The notes: generated from the sequence alone by a model not told the origin. A stretch of DNA of 52,787 nucleotides from a virus (IMGVR_UViG_3300002056_000004:1-52787); one strand, 5' to 3'. Counted from the stretch's first letter, positions 23,573 to 33,443 are shown. Program-made: numbers and translations.

Positions 23573-25528
23573 ATGACAGATACTGGTTTCACAAAAGTAA
23601 CTGACCATTTTTTTACAGGTCAGAACCCAATTCCCCCAGTGGGTGACTTCAATGATGGTGATGAATATTGGGTTACTAGCGATGGTACTCCAACTGGTTC
23701 TGTTACTTCTATATTCAAATATGAGGGAGGCGCTGGCGTTTGGGTTGAGGAACCTTCTGGCGGCTTCACTTGCCCTAATCCAATGACTTTTGGGCAGCTT
23801 AGAGCATTGCGTAATTCTGGTTCTCTTAACAAAGACTGTCATTATGTCGTTACAAATTATAATCGTGGCACTGTTGGAACCGCGACTATTCTATTACATG
23901 CAGTTGATGAGCAAACGCTTTCGCAGGACGTTCATGTTCTGACTACATTTGATAATGTAGCATGGCACGGTCGGTATGACATTGACGCAAATAGACTTGA
24001 ATATCTAGCTGATAATATAGGCAATGAGGTATCAGGGAGAGGGCAAGTTGATGTTTTCCCATGGGGCGTTGCGGCTGTAAACGAAAACCGCGTATTCGAA
24101 GCTGATTTCAGATATACTGCTGGCACCGTTACAGGTAACACAATTGAAAGTGATGCTGTAGTTCGCGTTAATGGTGGTAGCTTTATTGATAATAAGGTCA
24201 TGCCAGAGGCAAATGTTGTTTCGGAGGGTAATACCCAAAGAAATACTTTCGACACAGAATCAAACGTGACTATTACGGCTGGTGATTTCAGGGAAAACAA
24301 AGTCGGTGCTGATAGCATTGTTGCGATGAATAGCACGGCTGACTTTGACCAAAACGTCATTATGGCGGCTGCAAATGTTACTGTTAATGGTGATGCCAAC
24401 TTTGATAATAATGAAGTTGCAAGTGCTGCTAATATTATAATTACAGATGGCAATTTCACTAACAACAATGTCCATTCTGATGCTACAATTAATCAAACGG
24501 CAGGGAATGTTTATTCAAACGAATTTGGGAATACCAGCAACACAAGATTTCTGAACAACAGGCAATATTACAGAAATGTTTTTTCAAGAACTAACGTTGC
24601 TGTATTTGGGGATCACAACGTTCATGAAAATGAATTTGCTTTCTCTAACATAAACACAACTGGATCTACCGGTTCTGGCATACGCTACTGTAAGTTTCTT
24701 GACAGCCGAAGCAACACTGCAATGCAGAACATCGGTACTCTTGATATTGCTTACGTTACAATTTCAAACAACTCACAAATCAATGCAAATAATGCTTTAA
24801 GAGTATTTTTGCGTTACGTGACACTTGAAAATTTTGGCCGACTACTGGTTTCTGCTGGGGCGCGATTGGATTGCCAATATTCTGGTTTCCGCGATTATTC
24901 ATACGCTCAGGTTTTGGGCGGTGTTATGTTTGTGAACTATTCGTCATTCCGTGGCGTTTCCTATGCGCAAAATGCGGCTACTGCTGGCACTAACAGGATT
25001 GACCGAGTAAACGTGTCAAGTAACTCCAGAATCCGCTTCCTGAACACAGTGAACGAATGTCGCGTTTATTATTCCACTGTTTCTGACGGGTCATTGATTG
25101 AACATCGCGGCACTTCTACAGGCTGTTATTTCTATTACTGTAATGTTGATAGTACATCGAATATGTACACTAACAACTCTGTGAATTTGCGCGGCTACTA
25201 TAATAAGGCCTCTGGAAATTCAAGCATGTATAGCCAGAACGTAACCGGCACTCATTACATGTATTACAATGCCTTAAATGGTCATGGCTATATCTGGTTC
25301 CAGAACGCTACTGGCGGCCGTATTTACGCAGTTAGCTGTCATGGTCAGGGGCTTTTGCGGTTCCGTGGATCGAATGGCGCAGGTCGTATCTACTATTCAT
25401 CATTCACTGCTTATTACTACCTTTATGCCGAAAACTGGACGTTAGTTCGCTTTGCATTGCACGGCTACGGTCGGCGCACATACACGGTTACAAACCCGCC
25501 AAACGGCACATTCACTCAAAACTTCTAG
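23573..25528 (+). CDS. Asn-rich repetitive beta-helix-like protein (651 aa), putative fibre or spike
   Basis: Central 300 aa made of roughly 18-20-aa repeats (..AxVxVNGGxFxDNxV..). The C-terminal part is Tyr/Asn/Ser/Gly-rich. Confidence 0.65.
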   Translation: MTDTGFTKVTDHFFTGQNPIPPVGDFNDGDEYWVTSDGTPTGSVTSIFKYEGGAGVWVEEPSGGFTCPNPMTFGQLRALRNSGSLNKDCHYVVTNYNRGTVGTATILLHAVDEQTLSQDVHVLTTFDNVAWHGRYDIDANRLEYLADNIGNEVSGRGQVDVFPWGVAAVNENRVFEADFRYTAGTVTGNTIESDAVVRVNGGSFIDNKVMPEANVVSEGNTQRNTFDTESNVTITAGDFRENKVGADSIVAMNSTADFDQNVIMAAANVTVNGDANFDNNEVASAANIIITDGNFTNNNVHSDATINQTAGNVYSNEFGNTSNTRFLNNRQYYRNVFSRTNVAVFGDHNVHENEFAFSNINTTGSTGSGIRYCKFLDSRSNTAMQNIGTLDIAYVTISNNSQINANNALRVFLRYVTLENFGRLLVSAGARLDCQYSGFRDYSYAQVLGGVMFVNYSSFRGVSYAQNAATAGTNRIDRVNVSSNSRIRFLNTVNECRVYYSTVSDGSLIEHRGTSTGCYFYYCNVDSTSNMYTNNSVNLRGYYNKASGNSSMYSQNVTGTHYMYYNALNGHGYIWFQNATGGRIYAVSCHGQGLLRFRGSNGAGRIYYSSFTAYYYLYAENWTLVRFALHGYGRRTYTVTNPPNGTFTQNF

Positions 25529-25538
25529 GAATGAAACA

Positions 25539-25718
25539 ATGAAATTCAAAGAATTTGTAAAAGAGATTGAAGCCCTTGAAGGCAGAGGTGAAGTGCATCC
25601 TGATAAGCGTATGGATCTAATGGATGCGTCTTTGGTTTTCCAAGACGCTATTCAAGATTTGAATGAACGTCTCAACGAATTGCCTGATTCGGAGATTACG
25701 CAAGAGGATGCAAAATAA
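25539..25718 (+). CDS. Small acidic hypothetical protein (59 aa)
   Basis: ATG 25539 is in frame with track ORF 25452-25718, whose upstream part overlaps the preceding gene. Confidence 0.45.
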   Translation: MKFKEFVKEIEALEGRGEVHPDKRMDLMDASLVFQDAIQDLNERLNELPDSEITQEDAK

Positions 25719-25930
25719 TGTGGGTTGCTTTCTTCTTCTTTTGTGGTTTGCAAAACGGTGTGATGGGTTGCCACGCAAGCTATTCACCTCAATTTTTTGC
25801 CAGTAAAAAATCCTGCCAAATCGCTGCTGATGATTTCCTAGGCCGCGACCGCGCCTTGTGGAAATTCAAAGGCCACCCTGAACCTTCTATTCTAAAGATT
25901 GGGTGTGAAGAATTGGCGAGTGCTGCATAA
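25718..25930 (+). CDS. Small hydrophobic-N-terminus protein, possible lipoprotein
   Basis: MWVAFFFFCGLQNGVMGC: a signal-like segment ending in a weak lipobox. ATGA-type coupling. Confidence 0.45.
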   Translation: MWVAFFFFCGLQNGVMGCHASYSPQFFASKKSCQIAADDFLGRDRALWKFKGHPEPSILKIGCEELASAA

Positions 25931-26241
25931 TGAAAGTATTCGAAAAATTTGCCGCTTTTATATTCCTCTTGCTTTTGGTCGGAATGGTTTTGTTTCTCGT
26001 TTATGTGCCACTGCCAGCCGCCAGTGAAAAGGTTGTTCTGATGATTATTGGCGGACTTATGACAAGCGCAACTGCTGCACTTCCAAAGCTGTTTGGCACT
26101 GACGATACCAAGGAACGCTTGCGAAAACTTGAAACAGAATATGCGGTTTTGAAAAGCAACTATGACGGCATCACGAAACTTCTAGTGGAGCGTCATGTAA
26201 TCAATGAGCAAGGCGTAATGGCCGCAAAAGAGGTGAAGTGA
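25930..26241 (+). CDS. Two-TM small membrane protein with charged C-terminus (holin-like topology)
   Basis: FAAFIFLLLLVGMVLFLVYV and VVLMIIGGLMTSATAAL helices, followed by a coiled-coil charged tail. Confidence 0.5.
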   Translation: MKVFEKFAAFIFLLLLVGMVLFLVYVPLPAASEKVVLMIIGGLMTSATAALPKLFGTDDTKERLRKLETEYAVLKSNYDGITKLLVERHVINEQGVMAAKEVK

Positions 26242-26555
26242 TGGGAATGATTGTTAAACGTAGCATTGTGAACCCTGAAGCCAAACAAGCAAGGCTTGAT
26301 GAGTTGTTCGACCTTATCCAGCAGGGCGGTGATACTGAGGCTTATGAAAAGGAAGCCGTGTCGCTTTATGAAGCTATCACAGGCAACAAAGCAACCTCTC
26401 GTTGTGGAATCTGCTTAGCCTCAAGAAATCGCTTTATCAAAGGCATTCAGGACTTGAAAACTGGCGAATTAAAAGCTGGTTCTGCCAAAATATATCAATC
26501 CATGAAAGGCGTGAGTATGAAGTTCTCACGGCTTATGCAGAATGCGTTCGGTTAG
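26241..26555 (+). CDS. Hypothetical head-tail connector-region protein
   Basis: 104 aa. ATG 26241 overlaps the upstream TGA by 1 nt. Confidence 0.5.
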   Translation: MGMIVKRSIVNPEAKQARLDELFDLIQQGGDTEAYEKEAVSLYEAITGNKATSRCGICLASRNRFIKGIQDLKTGELKAGSAKIYQSMKGVSMKFSRLMQNAFG

Positions 26556-26985
26556 ACCTTTCCAGCCTGATTCCCTGCCAACGGGAAATGACTTATTTGC
26601 TGAATTGATTGAGGCTCGGTTGTCTCATTGTGGTGAATGGGTCAGGCATATCCCTTGCGAGGGAGAGCCTCAATGGGTTGTAGTGAATTATCAATATATT
26701 CCAGAGGATAGTAACGCCGTCGCAGAATTTAGAATGCCAGGCGCTAACCCAATGCTATTTGGGTATGCAGGGCATTTTGAAGTTCAGCCTTCGGCTTTTC
26801 ATGATTCTGATATAACTTGCCCAGCTACGGGTTCAAAGTTTGAAGTTCGCGGGTTTGCATATCGCGTTCTTTCAGTAGAGGTGAAAAGCAGGGGTTATAT
26901 TCATATCAACGTGTCTCAAGAGGACAAATGCGCTGATCAACGTGTGGAATTTTTTGCAGAAATTGCGGAGTTATCTCCATGCTGA
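26542..26985 (+). CDS. Hypothetical head-tail connector-region protein
   Basis: 147-aa ORF overlapping its neighbours, positioned upstream of the sheath gene. Confidence 0.55.
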   Translation: MRSVRPFQPDSLPTGNDLFAELIEARLSHCGEWVRHIPCEGEPQWVVVNYQYIPEDSNAVAEFRMPGANPMLFGYAGHFEVQPSAFHDSDITCPATGSKFEVRGFAYRVLSVEVKSRGYIHINVSQEDKCADQRVEFFAEIAELSPC

Positions 26986-27602
26986 TGAGACAACATATTC
27001 GGCAATATCTCAAGATACTACTTTGGAGTGAGGAAATCCCTCAGACAGCCGATTGTGAAGTCGGGGCGCTATTGGATAACTGCGACAACAAGGCGCGAGG
27101 TATATTTGTCCAAACCAATTCTCAGATTGTTAGTGATGCTGATGGCGAATGGCGCGCTGATGGGACAAAAAACGCTGTCGTTATTGAGATATCAAATGTA
27201 ACGCACACGGGCATTTTAAGCACTTTATGCGACTCTAAAATATCCTTCAATATTCATGTTTATTCATGCGAAAAAGACGCCAATAAAAGACAGGATTCCT
27301 TGGATATAATTGAGGAAAGAATATGGCATAGGCTGTATTCTTACGCGACGCTTACGAACGCCATTACGGGCGAAAAACTGAAGCCAATATTTAAACGTGC
27401 TGACCATAATACCTTCAATGTAAGTATCTCGGAAGAGACTGATTTTGATGGGGATTTTACGGTAAGGACGTTAAATTTTACATTTGATTATAAAGAATGT
27501 ATTTCTAAAAGCGACTGTTTAGACACTGAACTGTGTTTCGACTTTTCAGACTTAACTGGATTGGAAGATTGTAATGCCGGAAATCCGCGATTGTACGATT
27601 AA
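26979..27602 (+). CDS. Hypothetical tail-completion-region protein
   Basis: 207-aa ORF immediately upstream of the sheath gene. Confidence 0.55.
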   Translation: MLMRQHIRQYLKILLWSEEIPQTADCEVGALLDNCDNKARGIFVQTNSQIVSDADGEWRADGTKNAVVIEISNVTHTGILSTLCDSKISFNIHVYSCEKDANKRQDSLDIIEERIWHRLYSYATLTNAITGEKLKPIFKRADHNTFNVSISEETDFDGDFTVRTLNFTFDYKECISKSDCLDTELCFDFSDLTGLEDCNAGNPRLYD

Positions 27603-29019
27603 TTTTAGCCGCGAGCAGTGTGGCGTTAATATCATTCTTGACCCTCAGCAATCAATCGGGTCGCAAACAGACAAGTCTCTAATTATAGGGCAAGTTGCAG
27701 ACGATGCGACTATCGCCACTTGCCAGCCTGTTAAATATAGCGATATCGACACGGCCTTGCTTGGCACTGGCTCAATGATTGAGCAGCAGGTTAACGCTGC
27801 AATTGAACAATATCCGCGTGGTGAATACTGGATTCTGCCACTACCAAATGACGGCACTCCAGGCATTAAAACTATTCAGGTATCTGGTGTTGATACTGCG
27901 ACAATGCCGGGCATCGTATATTTTTGGGTAAACGGTAACGCTTATTCAGTTTCATTTGACCCTGCTGCAGAAACAAATGATGATATTGCTGCGAAGATTG
28001 CTGCCGTTATTGACGCTGAAGATCCTACCGTTACTGTTACTGTAGCAACTGACACGGTTACAGTTGAGACACTTGCGAATGGCGAAGTTGGCGGGTATCT
28101 GGATATTCGTTCATCTTACTCTGTACGTCCTGATTTGGCTGGCTCAACCGAAGTGACTTTGACGGTTGCAGGTAATAACGGGACTGGTACTCCAGACTTA
28201 AGCTGCATCGAAAGCCTATCCGATGGATTTTCGTTTGTTATAAACCCTTACACTGACGATGATTCCATTGCTTCCGTTGAAACTTATGCATGTTCGCAGT
28301 GGTCGGGTGGCGCTAGAACTCGTGTTTATGGTGCTTTTTATGGCACTAAGATTGAAGGCGAGACATTTGCCAGAAATCTCAATAACGCATTTTTCTCTTA
28401 TGTGGGCGTGGATGGCGCGTTGCAGCCTTCTTATCTGCTTACCAGCTATTATGGCGCAGAGCTTTATGAGCGTTTGAAGTGTGATAGTGGCGTTGTTGCT
28501 GAAAACCTTTCCGGCATTGCCTTCACTGATTTCTTGCCGCCTGAAGCAGCAGATCGTTATTCGACATTTGAGATTGATGATTTGGTAAACGCTGGCCTTG
28601 GTTATTTAGCTTACACAAGCAACAATACGGCCACCATAGGACGGGCTGTAACCACCTTCACAACGCGCGACAATGGCACTCTTGACGATAGCCTACGCGA
28701 TGTTAACAAACCTGCTATCATGGCTTGTATCAGTCAATACATGCAGGAAATGATTACCGCACGTTTTTCAGGTTATGCTTTCCGAGCTGATGGCGTGGTT
28801 GGCTCTAGCAGGACAAAGGTTCTGACCATTCCTGCGTTGAGAAATTATATCGCTACCCTTGGTCAAGAATTATCAAATCGCGACCTTATCGAGAATATCA
28901 CTGGCTTCATATCTTCCATTCAAATTGAACAGGATGATGCGGGCTGTATTGCAATATCGGTTGATCCAGAGCTTGTTTGTGCGCTCTGCTGCGTAACCGT
29001 AAATTTGAGGACTCAGTAA
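27574..29019 (+). CDS. Contractile tail sheath protein (Mu gpL-like)
   Basis: 481 aa followed by tube, frameshifted chaperone and tape measure genes. The C-terminal region ..GLGYLAYTSNNTATIGRAVTT.. is typical of sheath proteins. Confidence 0.7.
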   Translation: MPEIRDCTINFSREQCGVNIILDPQQSIGSQTDKSLIIGQVADDATIATCQPVKYSDIDTALLGTGSMIEQQVNAAIEQYPRGEYWILPLPNDGTPGIKTIQVSGVDTATMPGIVYFWVNGNAYSVSFDPAAETNDDIAAKIAAVIDAEDPTVTVTVATDTVTVETLANGEVGGYLDIRSSYSVRPDLAGSTEVTLTVAGNNGTGTPDLSCIESLSDGFSFVINPYTDDDSIASVETYACSQWSGGARTRVYGAFYGTKIEGETFARNLNNAFFSYVGVDGALQPSYLLTSYYGAELYERLKCDSGVVAENLSGIAFTDFLPPEAADRYSTFEIDDLVNAGLGYLAYTSNNTATIGRAVTTFTTRDNGTLDDSLRDVNKPAIMACISQYMQEMITARFSGYAFRADGVVGSSRTKVLTIPALRNYIATLGQELSNRDLIENITGFISSIQIEQDDAGCIAISVDPELVCALCCVTVNLRTQ

Positions 29020-29406
29020 ATGGCAAGCGGGCAGGTTTTTATTGATGGTCAGCCATGGGAAATCATGGGAAATGTGACCGATAAGTTCACAAGCTTTATT
29101 AACGAGGCCGAGGCTTCACGTTCTGGTCGAGTGTTTGTAAAGTCTGAAGCAAAGGCAAAAATGCTTAGCGTTGATTCTGTAAAAGTTGACCCTCAAGATT
29201 TTGAGGATCTTGTCGCTTTTTTCAGCACTTGTGGAAGTCGCAGGTTTACCCTGACTGTTGTGCTTGATGATGACTGTGACGACGGCAGTCTGACAATAGA
29301 TTATCTGAATGCTTTCCTTGTTGGTGAGCCTGAGTTTTCAATCTTTGAACGAACTATCTCAGGCTTTGAAGTGGCCTATGAAACACGGGTAACAACCGAT
29401 GGATAA
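29020..29406 (+). CDS. Tail tube protein (Mu gpM-like)
   Basis: 128 aa directly after the sheath gene. Confidence 0.6.
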   Translation: MASGQVFIDGQPWEIMGNVTDKFTSFINEAEASRSGRVFVKSEAKAKMLSVDSVKVDPQDFEDLVAFFSTCGSRRFTLTVVLDDDCDDGSLTIDYLNAFLVGEPEFSIFERTISGFEVAYETRVTTDG

Positions 29407-29812
29407 GGAAGCTGATAAGCTATCTGCTGAAGCTGAATTGAAACAGGCTGTTTCTGATGCAAAAGCGGAAATGGATTCGTTTGAAATGCTTCGCAAGTTT
29501 CGATTCGAAAATACCGTTGTTGACAAGGATGGCGAAAAGACAAAAGCCCTTGAGATCAATCTGGATAAGCCAGGTATCATAGGAAAAATGATGCGCATGG
29601 GTAATCCTGTTTCATATCAGCAGTCTGGTGAGATTGAGATTGATGATGAAAAGGTTTTTGCCTACTGCGATTGGTTTTCTAATATTGAATTAACGGATGA
29701 GAATCTTGACTTGATTGGCTTTCAGGCAATTCAGGCTCAGGAGGTGGTCAAGGCTTTTTTTATGCTCAGGCTGGTATTGTCCATCGAGTTAGCCCCCGAA
29801 CAGGAAAAGTAA
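29399..29812 (+). CDS. Tail assembly chaperone, short (frame 0) isoform
   Basis: 137-aa acidic protein between the tube and tape-measure genes. Contains a slippery heptamer near its 3' end. Confidence 0.7.
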   Translation: MDKEADKLSAEAELKQAVSDAKAEMDSFEMLRKFRFENTVVDKDGEKTKALEINLDKPGIIGKMMRMGNPVSYQQSGEIEIDDEKVFAYCDWFSNIELTDENLDLIGFQAIQAQEVVKAFFMLRLVLSIELAPEQEK

Positions 29813-29994
29813 AAACCTTTGTTGATATGTCAGGCGAAAGCAAATTTGATGTTCTTATAGGTCATTTGATTAATCCGCAAATATGCGGTGTTTCGCCTTC
29901 TGAAGTATGGCAAATGAATTTTACTGAAGCGCAAAGAATTATTGAGGCTGTATCGCTTTCAAACCAGATAATAAGCAAGGCTTCAAATGACTGA
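29399..29994 (+). CDS. Tail assembly chaperone, -1 frameshift-extended isoform (about 198 aa)
   Basis: After T_TTT_TTT (29755-29761) the -1 frame stays open for 77 codons to TGA 29992-29994, overlapping the tape-measure start. Confidence 0.6.
29755..29761 (+). promoter_or_regulatory. Programmed -1 ribosomal frameshift slippery heptamer
   Basis: GC T_TTT_TTT ATG in frame 0, at the canonical position for the G/GT-type (P2 E/E') chaperone frameshift. Confidence 0.6.
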
Positions 29995-31303
29995 TGTAGT
30001 TGCCAGATATACGCTTCGCTTCAAAGACCTTGCCTCAAAGGGAATTTTGAAAACGGCTGGTGCTGCCCGTTTTATGGGTAAGGCGCTTAAAACGGCTTCA
30101 ATTGGTGGGCTTGCTTTCGCTGGTGGGTTAGGCGCTGCTATGACAGTCGCTAACCAAATGACGGCAGAGACAAAAAGACTTGCAGAGTCTGTTGGTAAGA
30201 CGCGAAAAGATTTTCTAGGTCTTGCAGGCGTTTCTAAGGGGCTTGGCCTTGGGTTTGAAAACGTAGTTGATTTGCAAGAGGAAATTGTAAACAAATTTGG
30301 TGAAATTGCTGCTGCTGGTGAGTTGCCAAAAACTGCCATAGAAGGCCTTAAAGGTCTTGGATTTAAAACTGCTGAAATCGCTGGCGTTGTGAAAAAGGCA
30401 GATATAAACCAGCTTATTGATAAAGCAATTAAGTCTGTCCGTGAGGGGAAAAGAACGGTTCAAGATGTTCAATCTGCGCTGGATCAGTTGGCAGGTGGCG
30501 AGGCAAACAAAATATTAGGCGCTGTACTCGCTTCGGGCGCTAAGAGTGTCGCTGAATTAAATGCCAAATATGAACGCTTAGACTTTCTCACCAAGACGGG
30601 TGAGCAGGGTGCTGTTAGTTACACGGCTTCATTAGGCAGACTTTTGTTTTCAATTTCCTCACTTGCTAGAGAGGGTTTTGGTCGCCTTGGTGCTGCCATG
30701 ACCCCCGTTATAAACCGGCTATTGGAATTTATTGCCAGCAACAAACAATTAATTTCGCAAGGCGTTGATTCAGTAATCCAGAGAATATCGGAATTTGTTG
30801 CAAAAATTGATTTCCAGACTGTCACAACTCAAGCTGCCGCATTCCTCCCGACTATCCAGTCATTGGGAGATGCTGCAAAGGTCATGGCGAATACATTCCT
30901 GATTGGCGTACAGGCGGTTAAGCTTGTTGGAAATGCAATCACAACGCTTCAGAAATCGTCGGAAAGCTTTGGTTTTGCTATTGGGCAATCTTTAAGAAAT
31001 ACGTTCATAACCGTTTCAAACTTTGTGATTGATATCATCAATAATATTATCGCAAAAATGAACAGCCTTTCATCAACAAGGCTTGGTCAATTGGCTGGCT
31101 TTGGAAGTCTTAATCAGCTTGAAAGGTTTAATCCCGATGCACCTGCTGCCGCCCGTACTGGCGCAGATAGCGGCAAAATTTCTGTTGAGATTACAGGCAA
31201 TGTGCAGGGGGCGAACGTACAAGCAAATGCAGTTGGTACGGGTATTGTTGATTCAGCAGGATCGACGCTCCCAACCTTTGATAATGCGAGGTTTGGCGGA
31301 TGA
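29987..31303 (+). CDS. Tail tape measure protein
   Basis: 438 aa, Ala/Gly/Leu-rich helical protein with hydrophobic segments, following the chaperone pair. Confidence 0.7.
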   Translation: MTDVVARYTLRFKDLASKGILKTAGAARFMGKALKTASIGGLAFAGGLGAAMTVANQMTAETKRLAESVGKTRKDFLGLAGVSKGLGLGFENVVDLQEEIVNKFGEIAAAGELPKTAIEGLKGLGFKTAEIAGVVKKADINQLIDKAIKSVREGKRTVQDVQSALDQLAGGEANKILGAVLASGAKSVAELNAKYERLDFLTKTGEQGAVSYTASLGRLLFSISSLAREGFGRLGAAMTPVINRLLEFIASNKQLISQGVDSVIQRISEFVAKIDFQTVTTQAAAFLPTIQSLGDAAKVMANTFLIGVQAVKLVGNAITTLQKSSESFGFAIGQSLRNTFITVSNFVIDIINNIIAKMNSLSSTRLGQLAGFGSLNQLERFNPDAPAAARTGADSGKISVEITGNVQGANVQANAVGTGIVDSAGSTLPTFDNARFGG

Positions 31304-32379
31304 GTTTTTGTGATGTTGAATATGGTATCGCTTCCTTCAAGGGGATTGAATTCGAAGTTCTGCCAGTCGAATATTCTGGCGGATACCGAGTGCTTACGCA
31401 TTTATACCCTTTTACAAATGCGCATTATAACGAGTTACTTGGTGACAAGCCTAGAGAATTTAAGGTTAAGGGCGCTTTCCATGGTGAGGATTTCCGTGAC
31501 CAGTTAAGAACGGCTCAATTGCGCTGGGGCGCTCCGACTGCATTAGCGCTTGGTCAACAGGCAGGAAGCCTTTTGATATCGGGCGACTTCTTTGAGCCAA
31601 CGCAAAATGAAACGCATTTCGTTTCGCTTGTGGATTGGGTTTACAGGTTCGACAATAAAAAGCTGAATTATGTTGAATTTGATTTAACGCTTATCGAGTT
31701 TTCAAACGAACCTTACCCGAATTTGCTTGGCGCAATACAAGGTTTGGTAGCAGCTGTTGATGGTTTTGGTAGTACACTGTCCAACAACTCGGATGCGTTT
31801 CAAGAGCCTTTGGCAGATGCGCAAGAAGGCTTTTCAAATGCTGCTGATGAACTTACTAATGCGTTGGTCATAAACCCGACTGATAATTTCACTGATACTA
31901 TTGGCGCGATACAAAATATTGAACCAACGGAAAATGCAACTGAAAACGTTGCAATCGTTAATGGCGTATTCGAGACCTTGATTTCCAATGGAGCAGGTGA
32001 GGCGCTGTTTAATGCGGCTTCAAATATCGGTGCCGGTACAAGGCAAGGAGATCTATTCGCTTTAACTGGATTGCAGTTTTATCTTGAATCCATTTCTCAA
32101 GATGGGTTGACTGCTTGTCAGCTTAGGGATTTTAGAGCCCGCGCAATTGCTCTTAAAAACCGTATCACGAATATTGATATTCAAATGCAGATTAACTGCC
32201 TGATATCACAGGCTGGTCAGTCTGTTGTGTTTATAGAAGAAGAGACACTCCCAGGTGAATATAACGCGCTTGTGGCTTCATATGAACTATATGGCGATAT
32301 ATCACGTTCGAATGAGATGATTTCGCTCTCAAGAGGTGTTTCTGGCGCTGCAATCAATGATTTGGTTTACAGGCCATGA
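31300..32379 (+). CDS. DNA circulation protein (Mu gp43/gpN-like)
   Basis: N-terminus ASFKGIEFEVLPVEYSGGYRVLTHLYPFTN matches the DNA_circ_N pattern. Confidence 0.75.
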   Translation: MSFCDVEYGIASFKGIEFEVLPVEYSGGYRVLTHLYPFTNAHYNELLGDKPREFKVKGAFHGEDFRDQLRTAQLRWGAPTALALGQQAGSLLISGDFFEPTQNETHFVSLVDWVYRFDNKKLNYVEFDLTLIEFSNEPYPNLLGAIQGLVAAVDGFGSTLSNNSDAFQEPLADAQEGFSNAADELTNALVINPTDNFTDTIGAIQNIEPTENATENVAIVNGVFETLISNGAGEALFNAASNIGAGTRQGDLFALTGLQFYLESISQDGLTACQLRDFRARAIALKNRITNIDIQMQINCLISQAGQSVVFIEEETLPGEYNALVASYELYGDISRSNEMISLSRGVSGAAINDLVYRP

Positions 32380-33443
32380 CACAAGTAACACTTGAAACAA
32401 GAACGCAGTCATGGACAGGGTGGAAGTCTTTTTCCCTCACCCAAACCCTTGATAACGCATACCAAACGTTAAGCATGGAAACGACCGACCGATTTCAGGA
32501 AGGCCTTGCGCGTTGGGATGTAGAAGGCGGCACTGCTATCAGGCTTTCGTTTGACAATAATCCCGTGTTCTATGGCTATATAACAGGCTATTCTCCAAAG
32601 ATCGCAGAGGGGACGCACTCAATAAACTTGTCTGCGAAATCTGATTTATATGACCTTGTAAAATCTTCTCACGTTGGCACGATTGCATGGCGCGATACTA
32701 CGCCTGAAGAGATAATTCAGGAAGTGTTAGACCCTTTTAATATTCCAGTTGTTTTCGAATCCGGCATGACCGCGATAGGCGCTGAGGGATTTCGCATAGC
32801 TGCTAATTCAAGCCCTTATTCGATTATAAAACGCTTGGCAGAGCGTGATGGATTGCTGGCTGTTTCTTACCGTGACCTTGCAGTAATTGTTACTGACAAC
32901 CCTTCATTTGCTTCACCACCACCAATAACGCTTGGTGTCTGGTGTGAAATATCCGCAAATCATGATGTTTCCAAATCTCACTCTGAGATAATTCTGAAAA
33001 CGCAGCGCAAGAGTTTCAACAACGATTTCGATGATAAGCAATCAGTTGAACAGCGCGTTGAAAACCCATCGGTCACTCGTTACACGCCCTTGGTTATTCT
33101 TGAGACTTCAGACATCGGACAGCAGGAATCATTTGCTGATTATGTCAACCGGCGGTTTTTGGGCAATTCAGTAACCGCGACTGTCAAGGTAAAATCATTC
33201 TTTGACCCAAACGGCCAGCTTTGGCTTGTCGGATCTCGAGTTTTTGTCAATGAACCTTTGGTTGATATCAATCAGGAATTGATAATTTCTAGCGTGACGT
33301 TTGCGCTATCAGAATCCGATGGCATATCCACAACATTAGAGCTTAAGGTTCCAGGAACTTATTCAACAAATGGCGGCACTTCACCTGCTGCTGCAAGGCG
33401 CGGGACTGGCGCTTTTGGAAATCTATTGGGTGCATTGATATGA
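32376..33443 (+). CDS. Baseplate hub protein (Mu gp44/gpP-like)
   Basis: 355 aa at the position and with the pattern of the Mu P / gpD-like family. Confidence 0.7.
   Translation: MTQVTLETRTQSWTGWKSFSLTQTLDNAYQTLSMETTDRFQEGLARWDVEGGTAIRLSFDNNPVFYGYITGYSPKIAEGTHSINLSAKSDLYDLVKSSHVGTIAWRDTTPEEIIQEVLDPFNIPVVFESGMTAIGAEGFRIAANSSPYSIIKRLAERDGLLAVSYRDLAVIVTDNPSFASPPPITLGVWCEISANHDVSKSHSEIILKTQRKSFNNDFDDKQSVEQRVENPSVTRYTPLVILETSDIGQQESFADYVNRRFLGNSVTATVKVKSFFDPNGQLWLVGSRVFVNEPLVDINQELIISSVTFALSESDGISTTLELKVPGTYSTNGGTSPAAARRGTGAFGNLLGALI

Noticed and set aside
23932-24468. 178-aa minus-strand ORF (and other antisense ORFs 24032-24496) inside the beta-helix gene
   Set aside because: It is antisense to a 651-aa ORF with clear repeat structure. 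Its openness is a by-product of the AAT/GTT-rich repetitive codons.
29983-30339. 118-aa minus-strand ORF inside the tape-measure gene
   Set aside because: It is antisense to a gene well supported by position, and its Ala/Pro/Ser-rich translation is typical of the reverse frame of Ala/Gly-rich genes.
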